From positions 1-64,000 of IMG/VR virus record IMGVR_UViG_3300044767_000023: 64,000 nt of DNA; one strand, written 5' to 3'. A program made the position numbers and the translations under genes. Position 1 is the stretch's first letter. Each line of letters starts with the position of its first letter. Below the pieces are notes generated by a model. That model did not search any database, was not told where the DNA came from, and was given only the letters and a program-made list of their open reading frames with translations. Origin of the DNA: a virus. Its lineage: Duplodnaviria > Caudoviricetes. Below are positions 8,112 to 17,613 of the stretch, in pieces.

Positions 8112-9516
8112 AGAAGGAAGCGGGTCCCACCAAACTGCTGCTGCTCCCAAGATTGATCCTCCCGTCGAGCTAGTCGAGCCGCCTAAGCCAAGGCCGCCGG
8201 ACAATCGCCGAATGCGCCGAGCCAAGGCGGCGTACGAGCGCGCCCGCCGCAAGCATGACAAGTTCGTTAAGCCGGAAGGAACGGAGCCGATCCCAATCCC
8301 GATTACGATGCGGCCGGACTCACCTGCGCCCAGGAAAGAAGTGCGAACGGTAGCGGAGCCGGATCAGTTTGATGATCCGAACGACAAGCTAATTGTAGAC
8401 GAGTGGCTGCAGGGCTCCGGCGATAAGGTGCTGTTCGAAGGCTCCGAGTTCTACGGCGAGTTCAACTTCCGCGATACGATCCTAGACCAGCTGGACCGAT
8501 ACTGGGTCTACCTCGATCGGATGCGAAAGCACGACCGGGACGCTTATGAGTTCTATAAAATCCTCGGCGCCACTTTGATGCCGTATTCGGCGACTCACAC
8601 CTGGAGCACCAAGCCGGCCGAGTTCAAGGATAAGCGCACCCCCGAAGAGCTCGAGCAATATCGCCGCGAGATCGAACTGCCGCCGTGGTTCAAAACCAAG
8701 TGGCCGGCATTCGGCTGCGTGGCATTCGGGATCAACCCAGTGGAAGAGAAGATAGAGATCACCAAGAACAGCAAAGGCTGGTATCAATCTACTCCCAAGT
8801 TCATGTACTTCCGCAAGCTGAAGCGCTCGCCGTGGACGGTGCAGCCAGTTGTGACCGGCAAGGTATACTCCTTGACGATATGGTGGGATCGGCCGAACGA
8901 TCCGAAGCGCCCGTGGAAGTGGGGCCGGCCGCAGGAGTTTCCAATCCATATCTCAAACGATGGCAAGCTGCGGGTGCTCAAGACCCGCCAACGCAGCAGT
9001 GGCAAGATCGGGCCGTGGTGGGATTGGCGCATTCCGCACGACTACGATAATTGGGCGACACAGCATGGGCTGGATGCGCAAAGCCATCTGACGCACATGT
9101 TCTGCGACTGCGTGAAGCATGTCGAGTTCGCCGACTTCTCGATGCTGCGGGTAGAGATTACTAAGGACGACATGCACGCCATATTCGGAATAAGTCCTCG
9201 CCGCATGGCCTACTTCTTCCAAGACCGGGACATTGTGCTCACCGCGAAGGGCCGCAAGCGCCGGGTGTTTCATTTCGTCCGACCGCATATCCGCAAGGAT
9301 GGGGCCGCCGTGCACGCGCATTTCCGGGGCCTGAAAGAGTTCCACTGGGCAAGCTACGATGTGCGGATAACGGTGCCGGGGCGCGATCATATGCTTCTGT
9401 CCGAGTTCGACGTACCAGTCGAGTTCGATCCGATAAAGAAGAAGGGCCAGAAATATTTGACCGAAGGGCAAACTGCAAAGTGGCTCGCGCAGCAGATGAA
9501 AGATGGACAGCTATGA
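8056..9516 (+). CDS. Large hypothetical phage protein
   Basis: 486 aa; C-terminal HFVRPHIRK...HAHFRG basic His/Arg motif. Confidence 0.8.
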   Translation: MSIFSRIGKLFKQMVAWFREGSGSHQTAAAPKIDPPVELVEPPKPRPPDNRRMRRAKAAYERARRKHDKFVKPEGTEPIPIPITMRPDSPAPRKEVRTVAEPDQFDDPNDKLIVDEWLQGSGDKVLFEGSEFYGEFNFRDTILDQLDRYWVYLDRMRKHDRDAYEFYKILGATLMPYSATHTWSTKPAEFKDKRTPEELEQYRREIELPPWFKTKWPAFGCVAFGINPVEEKIEITKNSKGWYQSTPKFMYFRKLKRSPWTVQPVVTGKVYSLTIWWDRPNDPKRPWKWGRPQEFPIHISNDGKLRVLKTRQRSSGKIGPWWDWRIPHDYDNWATQHGLDAQSHLTHMFCDCVKHVEFADFSMLRVEITKDDMHAIFGISPRRMAYFFQDRDIVLTAKGRKRRVFHFVRPHIRKDGAAVHAHFRGLKEFHWASYDVRITVPGRDHMLLSEFDVPVEFDPIKKKGQKYLTEGQTAKWLAQQMKDGQL

Positions 9517-9890
9517 AACTTCCATTCAAACTTCCGTTCAAGTTGTACGTGCTAGATGCCGACAACCACGTGGTCGAAGTGACCGATGATGTCATAGCGT
9601 GGGGCCGGTTCATGGAGGATGAGAGGCGTCACATCGGCTACACGCAGATCACGAGCGCATGCACGGTGAGCACGGTATTCATCGGCATCGACCACCGCAT
9701 TTATGGCAAAGGGCCGCCGGTCCTGTTTGAGACCATGATCTTTGGCGGGCCGCTCGACCATGATCAGTGGCGCTACTCGTCGTATGACGACGCGGTCACC
9801 GGGCACGCCGCGGCGGCTAACAAGGCGCGTGCTGCCATCGGCCAGCGCAAAAGAAAAGCCCCCAACGCGGGGGCTAAGGTGGAGGAATAA
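9513..9890 (+). CDS. Conserved phage hypothetical protein
   Basis: VSTVFIGIDH...PVLFETMIFGG...WRYSSYDDAVTGH; ATGA coupling. Confidence 0.75.
   Translation: MKLPFKLPFKLYVLDADNHVVEVTDDVIAWGRFMEDERRHIGYTQITSACTVSTVFIGIDHRIYGKGPPVLFETMIFGGPLDHDQWRYSSYDDAVTGHAAAANKARAAIGQRKRKAPNAGAKVEE
9851..9876 (-). terminator. Intrinsic terminator closing the minus-strand late region
   Basis: Minus strand AGCCCCC-GCGTT-GGGGGCT followed by TTTCTTTT. Confidence 0.65.
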
Positions 9891-9995
9891 TGAGGCGTTG
9901 CGGCGATGGCAAGCAAGGTACGAAGAAGAGCCGTTCCAAAGCATCCGCGTCTGGCGCAAAAAGGCCATTCACTGAAGACAGCAAAAAGGCCTGAA

Positions 9996-10079
9996 ATGCC
10001 GAGTGATGACGAGGTCGGTTGGATCTTCGTCGGCCTCGTGGTCGTGATTGCCTTCCTGCTAGGCTGGCTGTTCGGCTAG
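9996..10079 (+). CDS. Possible 27-aa single-TM peptide
   Basis: MPSDDEVGWIFVGLVVVIAFLLGWLFG. Confidence 0.4.
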   Translation: MPSDDEVGWIFVGLVVVIAFLLGWLFG

Positions 10080-10508
10080 GCGGGCCTTCTTCTTCTTCTT
10101 CTCTTCCAGTCGCTGCAGGATACGAGCGCAGGTGCCAGCTCCCGCCCAGCCATCGACTTCCAAGTCCTCCTCTTCTTGGAACATGCGGATCGCCTTGCGC
10201 GTCATCTCGCCAATGTCGCCGTCCACTTCCAGCCCGGCATCGAGCAGCTCGTTGAGCGACTCTTGTAGCCACGTGGCCGAGTACGAGCCGTCATCGCCGC
10301 CTTTGGCGAGCGGATCGTCCGGGGCCACCTGCGCCTTCAACTGGTCGAACATCCCGGGCGCAATCTTGTCGGTCAGCTCCCGCACCTTGCCATAGGTCTC
10401 GGTCGCCTGCTTAATCATAGGCGCAATGTCATTCCACGCTTTCAGGATATCATCCTTGTGCGAGATAATCCGAAAGCCAATGCCGATGATGTCGCCAAAC
10501 CCGACCAT
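10059..10508 (-). CDS. Peptidoglycan-binding domain (PG_binding_1) protein
   Basis: WLQESLN..LEVDGDIGEMTRKAIRMFQ..LEVDGWAG; GGAG SD. Confidence 0.8.
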   Translation of the reverse strand: MVGFGDIIGIGFRIISHKDDILKAWNDIAPMIKQATETYGKVRELTDKIAPGMFDQLKAQVAPDDPLAKGGDDGSYSATWLQESLNELLDAGLEVDGDIGEMTRKAIRMFQEEEDLEVDGWAGAGTCARILQRLEEKKKKKARLAEQPA

Positions 10509-10555
10509 GTCAGTTCTCCTTTATTGCTGAGTGGGTTGAAGGCAAGCGAGGTCCG

Positions 10556-10729
10556 TCACCGGCGCAATGGCGGACCAAAGACCTGCCAGCCTAACAGTAC
10601 GAATAGAACGAACAGCAGTAGCGTCCCGCCGACTACACCATACGCGCCAGCCAGAAGAGCGAAATGGACTGCCAATCCGAATACGAACCAGATCAGCATT
10701 AGGATCCAGTAGCAATGACCTAGCGTCAT
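10556..10729 (-). CDS. Small two-TM membrane protein (lysis region)
   Basis: MTLGHCYWILMLIWFVFG...LLGWQVFGPPLRR; AGGAG SD. Confidence 0.7.
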   Translation of the reverse strand: MTLGHCYWILMLIWFVFGLAVHFALLAGAYGVVGGTLLLFVLFVLLGWQVFGPPLRR

Positions 10730-10888
10730 GGTCTCTCTCCTATGGTTCAAGAGTCGTCCATTTATCGTAGCCAAGGTAGCTCAGTAGCAACATCAGCAGC
10801 ATGACTATTAAAAATGCTGTGATGACGATGGTAATTTCTTTTTTCATAATGCGCGAAAGGGGTCCGCCCAAGCGGACCCCAACTTCTC

Positions 10889-11338
10889 TTAGACCGGAGT
10901 CGGTTCGCCGACCGGGCTGATGGTCCCGGCGACGGCTTCACCCGCAATGATCTCCACGTCCATCGTGGTAACGATCTGGCGCACTCCTTCACCGAGGTCG
11001 GCATCGGCGGTCACCGTCACTTGCGCCTGCCCTACTGGACCAACTCCAGCCACCGTAGCTTGCGAGGGATCGTCGGTGCTAACGGTAACGCTGACGATGG
11101 CGGCATCGGACGAAGCCCATTCCACCGGGCCGTCCACACTGGCCGCATTCCCCTTCGCATCGACGTAGGACACCTTGACGTCAACCTTCTTGTCGTCTGG
11201 AAGTTTGTAAACCATCTTCTCTCCTTTCGCAGTCAGTGTGAGCCGGTCGTAGGTTATCGTGACGACTGCGTGTCCCTCTGGCTCGTCGTGCAGAAGGTTT
11301 ACCAGACCGTCAAGATGGAATTTGATTTGCGCCATCAT
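10889..11338 (-). CDS. Ig-like domain protein (alternative start 11215)
   Basis: VSYVDAKGN..VEWASSDAAIVSV..GQAQVTVTADAD; SD before MVYKL. Confidence 0.7.
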   Translation of the reverse strand: MMAQIKFHLDGLVNLLHDEPEGHAVVTITYDRLTLTAKGEKMVYKLPDDKKVDVKVSYVDAKGNAASVDGPVEWASSDAAIVSVTVSTDDPSQATVAGVGPVGQAQVTVTADADLGEGVRQIVTTMDVEIIAGEAVAGTISPVGEPTPV

Positions 11339-11343
11339 CTTTC

Positions 11344-11526
11344 TCAGCCATCGCATTGGTCGCAGATCACTTTTCGCAGCGCGGAATAGGCGGCGATGGA
11401 ATTTTCGATCCCGGACTCGAAGCGGTTGAGCGCCTCGTTGCTCCGTTGCGTCATGTAGACGTTGTATAGATTGGCAACGTGCTGCTTGACGGCATCGTCC
11501 AATCCAGCCAGCAGGAGGTCTTTCAT
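11344..11526 (-). CDS. Hypothetical protein
   Basis: 60 aa, ATGA coupling to holin. Confidence 0.6.
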   Translation of the reverse strand: MKDLLLAGLDDAVKQHVANLYNVYMTQRSNEALNRFESGIENSIAAYSALRKVICDQCDG

Positions 11527-11885
11527 TCCCGGCTACCCCGAGTACCGGAGCGGCGCAGGCTGTCCACCTCTTCCCGCTTGGAGACCACTTTAACATTGTC
11601 CTTGAGCGGACCTTCCTCCGCCATCTTCTTGTCGGTGACGACCTGCTGGACTTCCGGCAAGCTAGCCGCCGACTTGATTAAGCCGGTGCGGGAATTTTCC
11701 CATACTGACCACAGCACCGCAGCCGCCACTACTGCGCCCGCCAGACTGTCGATGAGATCGGCGGTGTAAGTTTCGGTGTCGCCCTCGATATGGATCCAGC
11801 CTTTGGCTGCGGCGTACACCACCGCAGTCGGAATGAAGATGCGCAGCGCGCCCTTCGCCTGCTCCTTGGTCGGCACGTACACCAT
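11523..11885 (-). CDS. Putative holin
   Basis: Two hydrophobic segments, LWSVW motif, charged C-terminus, lysis-region position. Confidence 0.6.
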   Translation of the reverse strand: MVYVPTKEQAKGALRIFIPTAVVYAAAKGWIHIEGDTETYTADLIDSLAGAVVAAAVLWSVWENSRTGLIKSAASLPEVQQVVTDKKMAEEGPLKDNVKVVSKREEVDSLRRSGTRGSRE

Positions 11886-11889
11886 CTTG

Positions 11890-12825
11890 CTACCTCACAG
11901 TCACTTTGGTGAAATACGGCGGCAGCTTGGTATCGGCATCGAACTCAATCCGCACCAGCTGATGCCGCTCCACGGGCGAGAGCGTGCGCTGAAATTCTTT
12001 CGGTAGGCGGGCCGCGATTGGCTCGATGCGGCTAATCTTGCCCGACAGCCAATTACCGAACCCGACATCAATTGTAACAGCAGCGCCTTCCTTGATATCG
12101 AACAGCCGGTCGATGGGATAGTAAGCCAAGACGAAGCGGTGCTCGCCGACGAGGTCGGCAATGATCTCGCCGGGATTGACGACCGCGCCAATGCCGACAT
12201 CGACACCGGCGACATAGCCAGTCATCGGGCTTTTCATCCGGCCGAGATCGAATAGCGTAGCCAAGTCCTCGATCGCTTGATCGGTGTTGCGGGAAGCGGC
12301 AATAATCTGCGCTACCTGCCGCGACATTGAGTCCTTTTCCGCCCGCAGCACCGCCAGCTCCTGCTTGCCCTTGAACACCTGATCAACCAGGGCATTCTGC
12401 GTCATCAACGGCAGGAAGCCCTTCTCCTTGATCTTATTAAGCTGGTCGCTGTTGGCCTGGATTAGCTTGTCGCGAGCATCGGCGGCAGTGACGAGCTGGT
12501 CGATCATCGAGGCCTTGGCGGATATCTCGGCCATGCGCGTTACCAGCGTCGAGGAATTCGTCGAGAGCGTGGCATTCAATTCCGCCACCCGGCTCGACGA
12601 GACCCGCGCAATGATGTCGCCCTTCTCGATCTTCTGGCCGTTGTGCACCAGTACCTCGAGCACGGTGACGGTATATTCCGGCGAGACCGTACCGGCATCA
12701 CCGACCACCATTCCATCCGCTCGAGTGTAGAGATAGCCGCCAGCCAGCGAGTTGCCGACCCAAGTCAGAAACGACATTATGCCGAACAGATAGAGGTAGC
12801 GGATAAGCCACCGTCTCCAAATCAT
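11890..12825 (-). CDS. HlyD-family membrane fusion (periplasmic adaptor) protein
   Basis: N-terminal TM, lipoyl half motifs VHNGQKIEKGDII and KSPMTGYV..GAVVNPGE flanking a coiled coil, beta-barrel C-terminus. Confidence 0.85.
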   Translation of the reverse strand: MIWRRWLIRYLYLFGIMSFLTWVGNSLAGGYLYTRADGMVVGDAGTVSPEYTVTVLEVLVHNGQKIEKGDIIARVSSSRVAELNATLSTNSSTLVTRMAEISAKASMIDQLVTAADARDKLIQANSDQLNKIKEKGFLPLMTQNALVDQVFKGKQELAVLRAEKDSMSRQVAQIIAASRNTDQAIEDLATLFDLGRMKSPMTGYVAGVDVGIGAVVNPGEIIADLVGEHRFVLAYYPIDRLFDIKEGAAVTIDVGFGNWLSGKISRIEPIAARLPKEFQRTLSPVERHQLVRIEFDADTKLPPYFTKVTVR

Positions 12826-14027
12826 GTGAGCCGCCAGCGTTGCGCCCGGGGGATGTAGTCGTCATAGTGCGTCACCTTGAAGACCAATTCCGCGACCAGC
12901 GCCAGGACCCGGAACGGCCGCATGACGAAAGTCTGCACCACCAAATAATACGGTAGGTAAGGCAGATATCTAATTGGTGCCCGCAACAGCAACAAGATCA
13001 AAGCCTCCATCGCGAATAGGGCCGTCAGGACGCCGGCAAATAGTATCAGCAAATCATCGAGGCCGATCTTCGTCCACACCCAAGTCAGATAAGGTGGCCA
13101 CAGCAGCGGCATGAACATTGAGAACACCAGCACGTCGAGGCTGGCGCATAAGTTGCGGGGCGTGAACTGCCGGGAAAACGGGTTGAGCAGGTAGCCGAAC
13201 TTGTGCCACCAGATCGTCACGATGCTGGCATCCCAGCGCAGCCGCTGCAGGAATAGGTCCACCGGAGTTTCCGGGGCCTCGGTAGCGGCGCAGGCATCGT
13301 AGCTGTAGCGCAGGTTCCAGCCTTTGACGCGCAGCTTCATCGACAGCGCCGCATCTTCCGCCACTTCGCAATCGAGCCCGCCTACCGACTCCAGGGCGGC
13401 GCGCGAATACAGGCCGGCGGCGCCCGACACATTCGGCATGATATTGAATACATCCGCCATGGTCTTGCCCACGGTAAAGATGATGAAGTATTCGATCGCC
13501 TGGAAACGGGTTGTTAGCGTGGCCGTCTCATTCGCAACACCGAGATTGAAACAAACGCCGCCAATGCCGGGCTCGAGGTAGCTCAGGGCGGTCGCGACCG
13601 AGCCGGGAGCAAACACGGTATCAGCATCGGCAATCAGAACCGCCTCGCCGGTACACTGCGGTAAGGCGACATTGACCGCCAGCGGCTTGCCGATCCGCTC
13701 CGGCAGATTGATCACGAGGCTAGCTCCGGTCTCGACCGCGACCTCATAGGTGCGGTCGCTGGAGCCGTCATTGACGATAATGATTTGCCCGACGCCATTG
13801 GCCTGCATGGAGGCGATGCAGGCCCGCAGCGAATGCTCCTCGTTGTAGCAGGAAACGATGGCGCTGACCGGACGGTCCGGGGAAGCGGTGCCTACGCCAC
13901 TAGGCCGGACGATCGCCAAGATGACGGCCGAGAGGAAATAGCGCGGTACGTCAAGCAGTATGGACATCCAGAAGAAGGCAATCAATTCGTCCCGGCCCAT
14001 CGCCTGGATCAAATCGATGAAGATCAT
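12822..14027 (-). CDS. Processive GT2 polysaccharide synthase (PgaC/NodC/BgsA-like)
   Basis: CYNEE, NDGSSD, GKPLA, DAD, SGAAGLY, AED, QRLRW plus N- and C-terminal TM helices. Confidence 0.9.
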   Translation of the reverse strand: MIFIDLIQAMGRDELIAFFWMSILLDVPRYFLSAVILAIVRPSGVGTASPDRPVSAIVSCYNEEHSLRACIASMQANGVGQIIIVNDGSSDRTYEVAVETGASLVINLPERIGKPLAVNVALPQCTGEAVLIADADTVFAPGSVATALSYLEPGIGGVCFNLGVANETATLTTRFQAIEYFIIFTVGKTMADVFNIMPNVSGAAGLYSRAALESVGGLDCEVAEDAALSMKLRVKGWNLRYSYDACAATEAPETPVDLFLQRLRWDASIVTIWWHKFGYLLNPFSRQFTPRNLCASLDVLVFSMFMPLLWPPYLTWVWTKIGLDDLLILFAGVLTALFAMEALILLLLRAPIRYLPYLPYYLVVQTFVMRPFRVLALVAELVFKVTHYDDYIPRAQRWRLT

Positions 14028-14512
14028 TCTATGATCTCAAATTGTACGTCAGGCAGTTCCACGGTGTAGAGCCGATAGCCGCAATCGGAGTGTAGGAAAA
14101 TCCGGAGAATATATTTGCCGGGCGGGATTGGCTGGTAACCGGAAGTTGAGATGGCGATCTTGACGGTCTCTCCCGGCTTGGCCATCCCGGAGGGGACACG
14201 TTCGCGCCGCAGCAGCAGCATCTCGCTTTCTTCGAAGATGAACTGGTCGCTGGTAACGAGGCAGAGCTTGCTGCGATTGAAGTGCCCACTGAGAACAACC
14301 GAGTCGCCGTACCGGATTGGCGTTCGCTCGATCTTGAGATCACGAACCTCCAACGGCTCGCGCATAAACTCCAGCGTCGTGTAGCCATACGAGATCGCCA
14401 GAGTCGTAATGCCAAACGCCAGGAAGACGATGAAGGGCTTCCACCACACCATCCAAGCCGGCCGAGGCGGCAAAGCTTTATTATTTGAAGAGTCGGAAGA
14501 CATTGCCACCAA
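14024..14512 (-). CDS. Single-TM protein with periplasmic beta domain
   Basis: TM, Cys pair, PPGKYILR; coupled to GT2 by ATGA; start may be MSSD. Confidence 0.65.
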   Translation of the reverse strand: MVAMSSDSSNNKALPPRPAWMVWWKPFIVFLAFGITTLAISYGYTTLEFMREPLEVRDLKIERTPIRYGDSVVLSGHFNRSKLCLVTSDQFIFEESEMLLLRRERVPSGMAKPGETVKIAISTSGYQPIPPGKYILRIFLHSDCGYRLYTVELPDVQFEIIE

Positions 14513-14777
14513 TCGAGATTAGCCAGCCAACGAAGACGCCAGCACCAGTGATCAAGGCTATGGCTCCGAAGCCTTTGTTTAGCAACGCATCAAGTGACTT
14601 TTGTCTTTCCTCTACCGCAACGATGCGTTTATCGTACTCGTCTAGTCTCCTGAGGGCGGATCGCTGGCGCTCCCGCAATAGCGCAATCGCTTCCGCATAC
14701 TTGCTGCGCGGAACACTTTCATCGCGGAAGTCGCCGCGATCATCATCATCATCATCCGTTGGAGGCGGCGGGTTCAT
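14481..14777 (-). CDS. Coiled-coil plus C-terminal TM protein (holin/lysis accessory-like)
   Basis: Directly after the endolysin; GFGAIALITGAGVFVGW TM. Confidence 0.6.
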   Translation of the reverse strand: MNPPPPTDDDDDDRGDFRDESVPRSKYAEAIALLRERQRSALRRLDEYDKRIVAVEERQKSLDALLNKGFGAIALITGAGVFVGWLISIGGNVFRLFK

Positions 14778-14786
14778 TAGACCACT

Positions 14787-16361
14787 CTAGGCTACAGGTC
14801 CATAAGTAACGCCGTTGATGGTCACGATGACTTTGCCGGTGGTCACAATATCGACGGTAGCCATCTCCGGCCCCGGCTCCGGTTCCGGTTCCGGCGCGGG
14901 CCCGGGCGCTTGAATTATGTCCTGCACCTTCTTAAGCAGTACGTCCGCATCCGGGTTGATGGTGACTTCATTCCGATTGATCGGGCCCCAATGCTTGCGC
15001 AGCTTGCGCATTCCAATCGCGGTGACCAGGGCGTGGAAGGCGGGGGAGTACTTGGCGAGGAATTGATAGCGCGCTCCATCGCCAGTTCCATAGCTCCCCA
15101 GTCCATTCGCCGTCGGGCTCAGGCCCTTCTGGAACCACGGCAGGAAACCGTTTGGATCATTCCAATACTCGGTCAGCAGCGGTGCGATGTTGGGGCTGCA
15201 CGAGCGGATATTCCAGCTGGTCTGGAAAAGGCCAGCTTCACAAGTTTCCGCGGTGGTGTTGGTCGCGCTCATATCCCGGCCTTCGTAATACTTGCCGGAC
15301 GACTCCCGCATCCCCAGGCCGATCATCATCACAAACAAATGCCGCAGTGTGTCGTAGCCCGGCTTGGTATTGGTCATGCCATGGGCGGCAAACTTGGACT
15401 TGTACCAAGTGAGCGCATCGGTCTGGTCGTCGGCTTGCTCGGCTTGCGACATCTCCTGGACGCGAACTAGACCACGCTCGAGATCGACGCAGGCGAGCGC
15501 AAAGGTTAGCGCCATCCCGTCGAGGTAGGCGCGCGGCGCTTTGCCCCGGTCCGGCCAGCTGTAGTTGATGAGCGGGGAAGCGCCAACGGCATTGCTGATG
15601 GCGTCGTACACCGCCGGGTTCGGCAGGCCATCATTCCCGGCCTTCTTGCGGGTATCGAGGCTGTCGAGCTCGGCCCAAGTAGCATCGCCGACGATGCCGT
15701 CAGCGCCGAGCTTAGCGGCGGCTTGGAAGCTCTTGGCCTGGGCTTCGGTGATGGCACCAAAGTCACCATCGGCCGGAATGCCGAGCGAGACTTGCAGCAA
15801 GCTAACGTCCGGTCCAGTCATGCCTTTCGAAAGCTCGCGACGGGGTTGCGGCGGCAGGATATGGGCGGCTTCCTTCGGCCAGACCAAAGCAATGACGTTG
15901 CTCTTCGGGTAGCTGCTGGCGTTAATCGAGTCCCCTTGATTGCCGCCACGGCAAATGTAGTTTGAGCCACTCGTGCTCTCGTACAGGGTAACGTGGCCAC
16001 CGCCGCTGCGCTTCATCACCACTACGCAACCGAGCACCGGCTCGTTGATGATGGTGCCGAAAGAGGGATCGTCCCACGCCTGCGCCCACAGAAATTTGTC
16101 GGTGTCGGTCGGACCAAATACCGGCCGGATGCCGGCCATCGTCATGCAGTAAGCCATCGTCAATCCGCACCACGGCGTCTCGTCATGCTTATATAAATCA
16201 CAGTAGCTTTTCATCTCCGGGTAAGCCTCGGCAATCTTTGTCGCCATCGCCAAGATTTTCGGATTGTCGGCACTGCCCGGCGCCTCCAAGGTTCCGGTCA
16301 TGGCGCGCATCACCATAAGCCATTCCGGGACGGCGAGGGTCTTGGATGCCGGGATTACCAT
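14787..16361 (-). CDS. Multidomain endolysin: TIGR02594/NlpC-P60-like + PG-binding + putative lysozyme-like domain
   Basis: DETPWCG, GGHV, GGNQ; ADGDFG..T..FQ..ADGIVG; GMRESSG..EAGLFQTS. Confidence 0.85.
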   Translation of the reverse strand: MVIPASKTLAVPEWLMVMRAMTGTLEAPGSADNPKILAMATKIAEAYPEMKSYCDLYKHDETPWCGLTMAYCMTMAGIRPVFGPTDTDKFLWAQAWDDPSFGTIINEPVLGCVVVMKRSGGGHVTLYESTSGSNYICRGGNQGDSINASSYPKSNVIALVWPKEAAHILPPQPRRELSKGMTGPDVSLLQVSLGIPADGDFGAITEAQAKSFQAAAKLGADGIVGDATWAELDSLDTRKKAGNDGLPNPAVYDAISNAVGASPLINYSWPDRGKAPRAYLDGMALTFALACVDLERGLVRVQEMSQAEQADDQTDALTWYKSKFAAHGMTNTKPGYDTLRHLFVMMIGLGMRESSGKYYEGRDMSATNTTAETCEAGLFQTSWNIRSCSPNIAPLLTEYWNDPNGFLPWFQKGLSPTANGLGSYGTGDGARYQFLAKYSPAFHALVTAIGMRKLRKHWGPINRNEVTINPDADVLLKKVQDIIQAPGPAPEPEPEPGPEMATVDIVTTGKVIVTINGVTYGPVA

Positions 16362-16442
16362 TAGCGAGCTCCTTGCGGAATTGCATTACCTGCTGCCAAG
16401 CCGCGATCGCGCGCTGGCGCATTTCATCGCAGTAGCGGCAGC

Positions 16443-16709
16443 TCATTTCGAGGCAAGTCCATTGGGTGGATTGCGGTGCACGCTCTGTACACCAAGGAAA
16501 TAACCTTCATCATAAGCGGCAAAGTAGACCCGGCGCTCGGTCCAGATTTCGAAGTAGGGCACTTGGTCTTTGCGATTGAGATCGCTCTTGCCGAGCTTGC
16601 GGTCGAGGATGTCGTTGATGCCGCCGATTGATATTGCGATTATGTCCGACCAGCGCTCGCCCTGTCGCTCGAGCTCGGCTTCGATCTCTTCGCGGACGGT
16701 CACAATCAC
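16443..16709 (-). CDS. Hypothetical phage protein
   Basis: GTG start overlapping TGA; WTERRVYF..SVHRNP. Confidence 0.6.
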   Translation of the reverse strand: MIVTVREEIEAELERQGERWSDIIAISIGGINDILDRKLGKSDLNRKDQVPYFEIWTERRVYFAAYDEGYFLGVQSVHRNPPNGLASK

Positions 16710-17599
16710 AGCAACGGCCACATGCCGCCGTCGAGGGATGCGCCCGGCTGATCGCCGGGGAAGTAGGCGTCCAGGCCAGCAGCCGCCTGCAGCCAAGATA
16801 CCAACGGTTCGCCTGGCCTCACCGCGTTGCCGTGCCCGGTCAGGAACATGCCATCGCTCTGGTTGGTCCAATGGCGACCGCGTGCCCCGCCGACAAACTG
16901 GTTTCTAATTTCCATCTGCCCGCGATTGCTCAAGTTCATCACGCCGTACCAATACTTGGGGTTGCCGTTCAAGTTGCAGGTGGCGTTGGGAGCCGACATG
17001 ATCGAACTGCGATCTACGGAATTCAGCAGTCCAGCCCCGATGCTGTGATTGGGATCGGGATTGGTGTTGTAAACCCACCACGGTCCGTTGATGTCGATCT
17101 CGCCCTTGCGCGGACCGGCCTCGATCATCGAGCCGCCGCAGTCGTACATCACGACATTGTAAAGGAACAGCTTGCCGTTATATGCGGCCTTGAAGATCGG
17201 GACGCCGGCATTAAAGCTGCGGCCCGCGATGTCGTAGACGTATGGCTGCGCGCCTTCGGCGGAGTGGATGCAGCCGTCAGTCCCGTTCTCAATCAGCACA
17301 CGCACCGAGCCGTTGGCATCGACCTCGCCCCGGACCGCGATGGCGTAGTCGTGTCCCGAGCCGAGAAACGGATAAGCAAAGATCACTCCGGGGTAGGGAA
17401 TAGGAACGCCGTGGGCGTCATCGTTCCAGCAATAGAAAAACTCAATGCCGAAATTGTTGAGATGGAACTCCTGGATGACACGGTTGACGGCAGCCTGCGG
17501 TGTGCGCAAGGCAGTCTCGCGCGTGAAGCAAGAGTCGTTCTCGTCATTGCCGTGTACGTTGTCGATCCAGATGCGGGTATGGTCTTTGAGATAATACAT
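16706..17599 (-). CDS. Putative receptor-binding/tailspike-like beta-helix protein
   Basis: WIDNVHGNDEND..RTPQAAV N-terminal motif; Gly/Asn-rich; in fibre cluster. Confidence 0.55.
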   Translation of the reverse strand: MYYLKDHTRIWIDNVHGNDENDSCFTRETALRTPQAAVNRVIQEFHLNNFGIEFFYCWNDDAHGVPIPYPGVIFAYPFLGSGHDYAIAVRGEVDANGSVRVLIENGTDGCIHSAEGAQPYVYDIAGRSFNAGVPIFKAAYNGKLFLYNVVMYDCGGSMIEAGPRKGEIDINGPWWVYNTNPDPNHSIGAGLLNSVDRSSIMSAPNATCNLNGNPKYWYGVMNLSNRGQMEIRNQFVGGARGRHWTNQSDGMFLTGHGNAVRPGEPLVSWLQAAAGLDAYFPGDQPGASLDGGMWPLL

Positions 17600-17613
17600 T
17601 TTGCTGGTTCCTT

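Noticed and set aside
11890-14027. Host chromosomal DNA or prophage boundary at the GT2/HlyD genes
   Set aside because: Both sides are phage lysis-region genes joined by overlaps or short gaps; no att site or integrase seen
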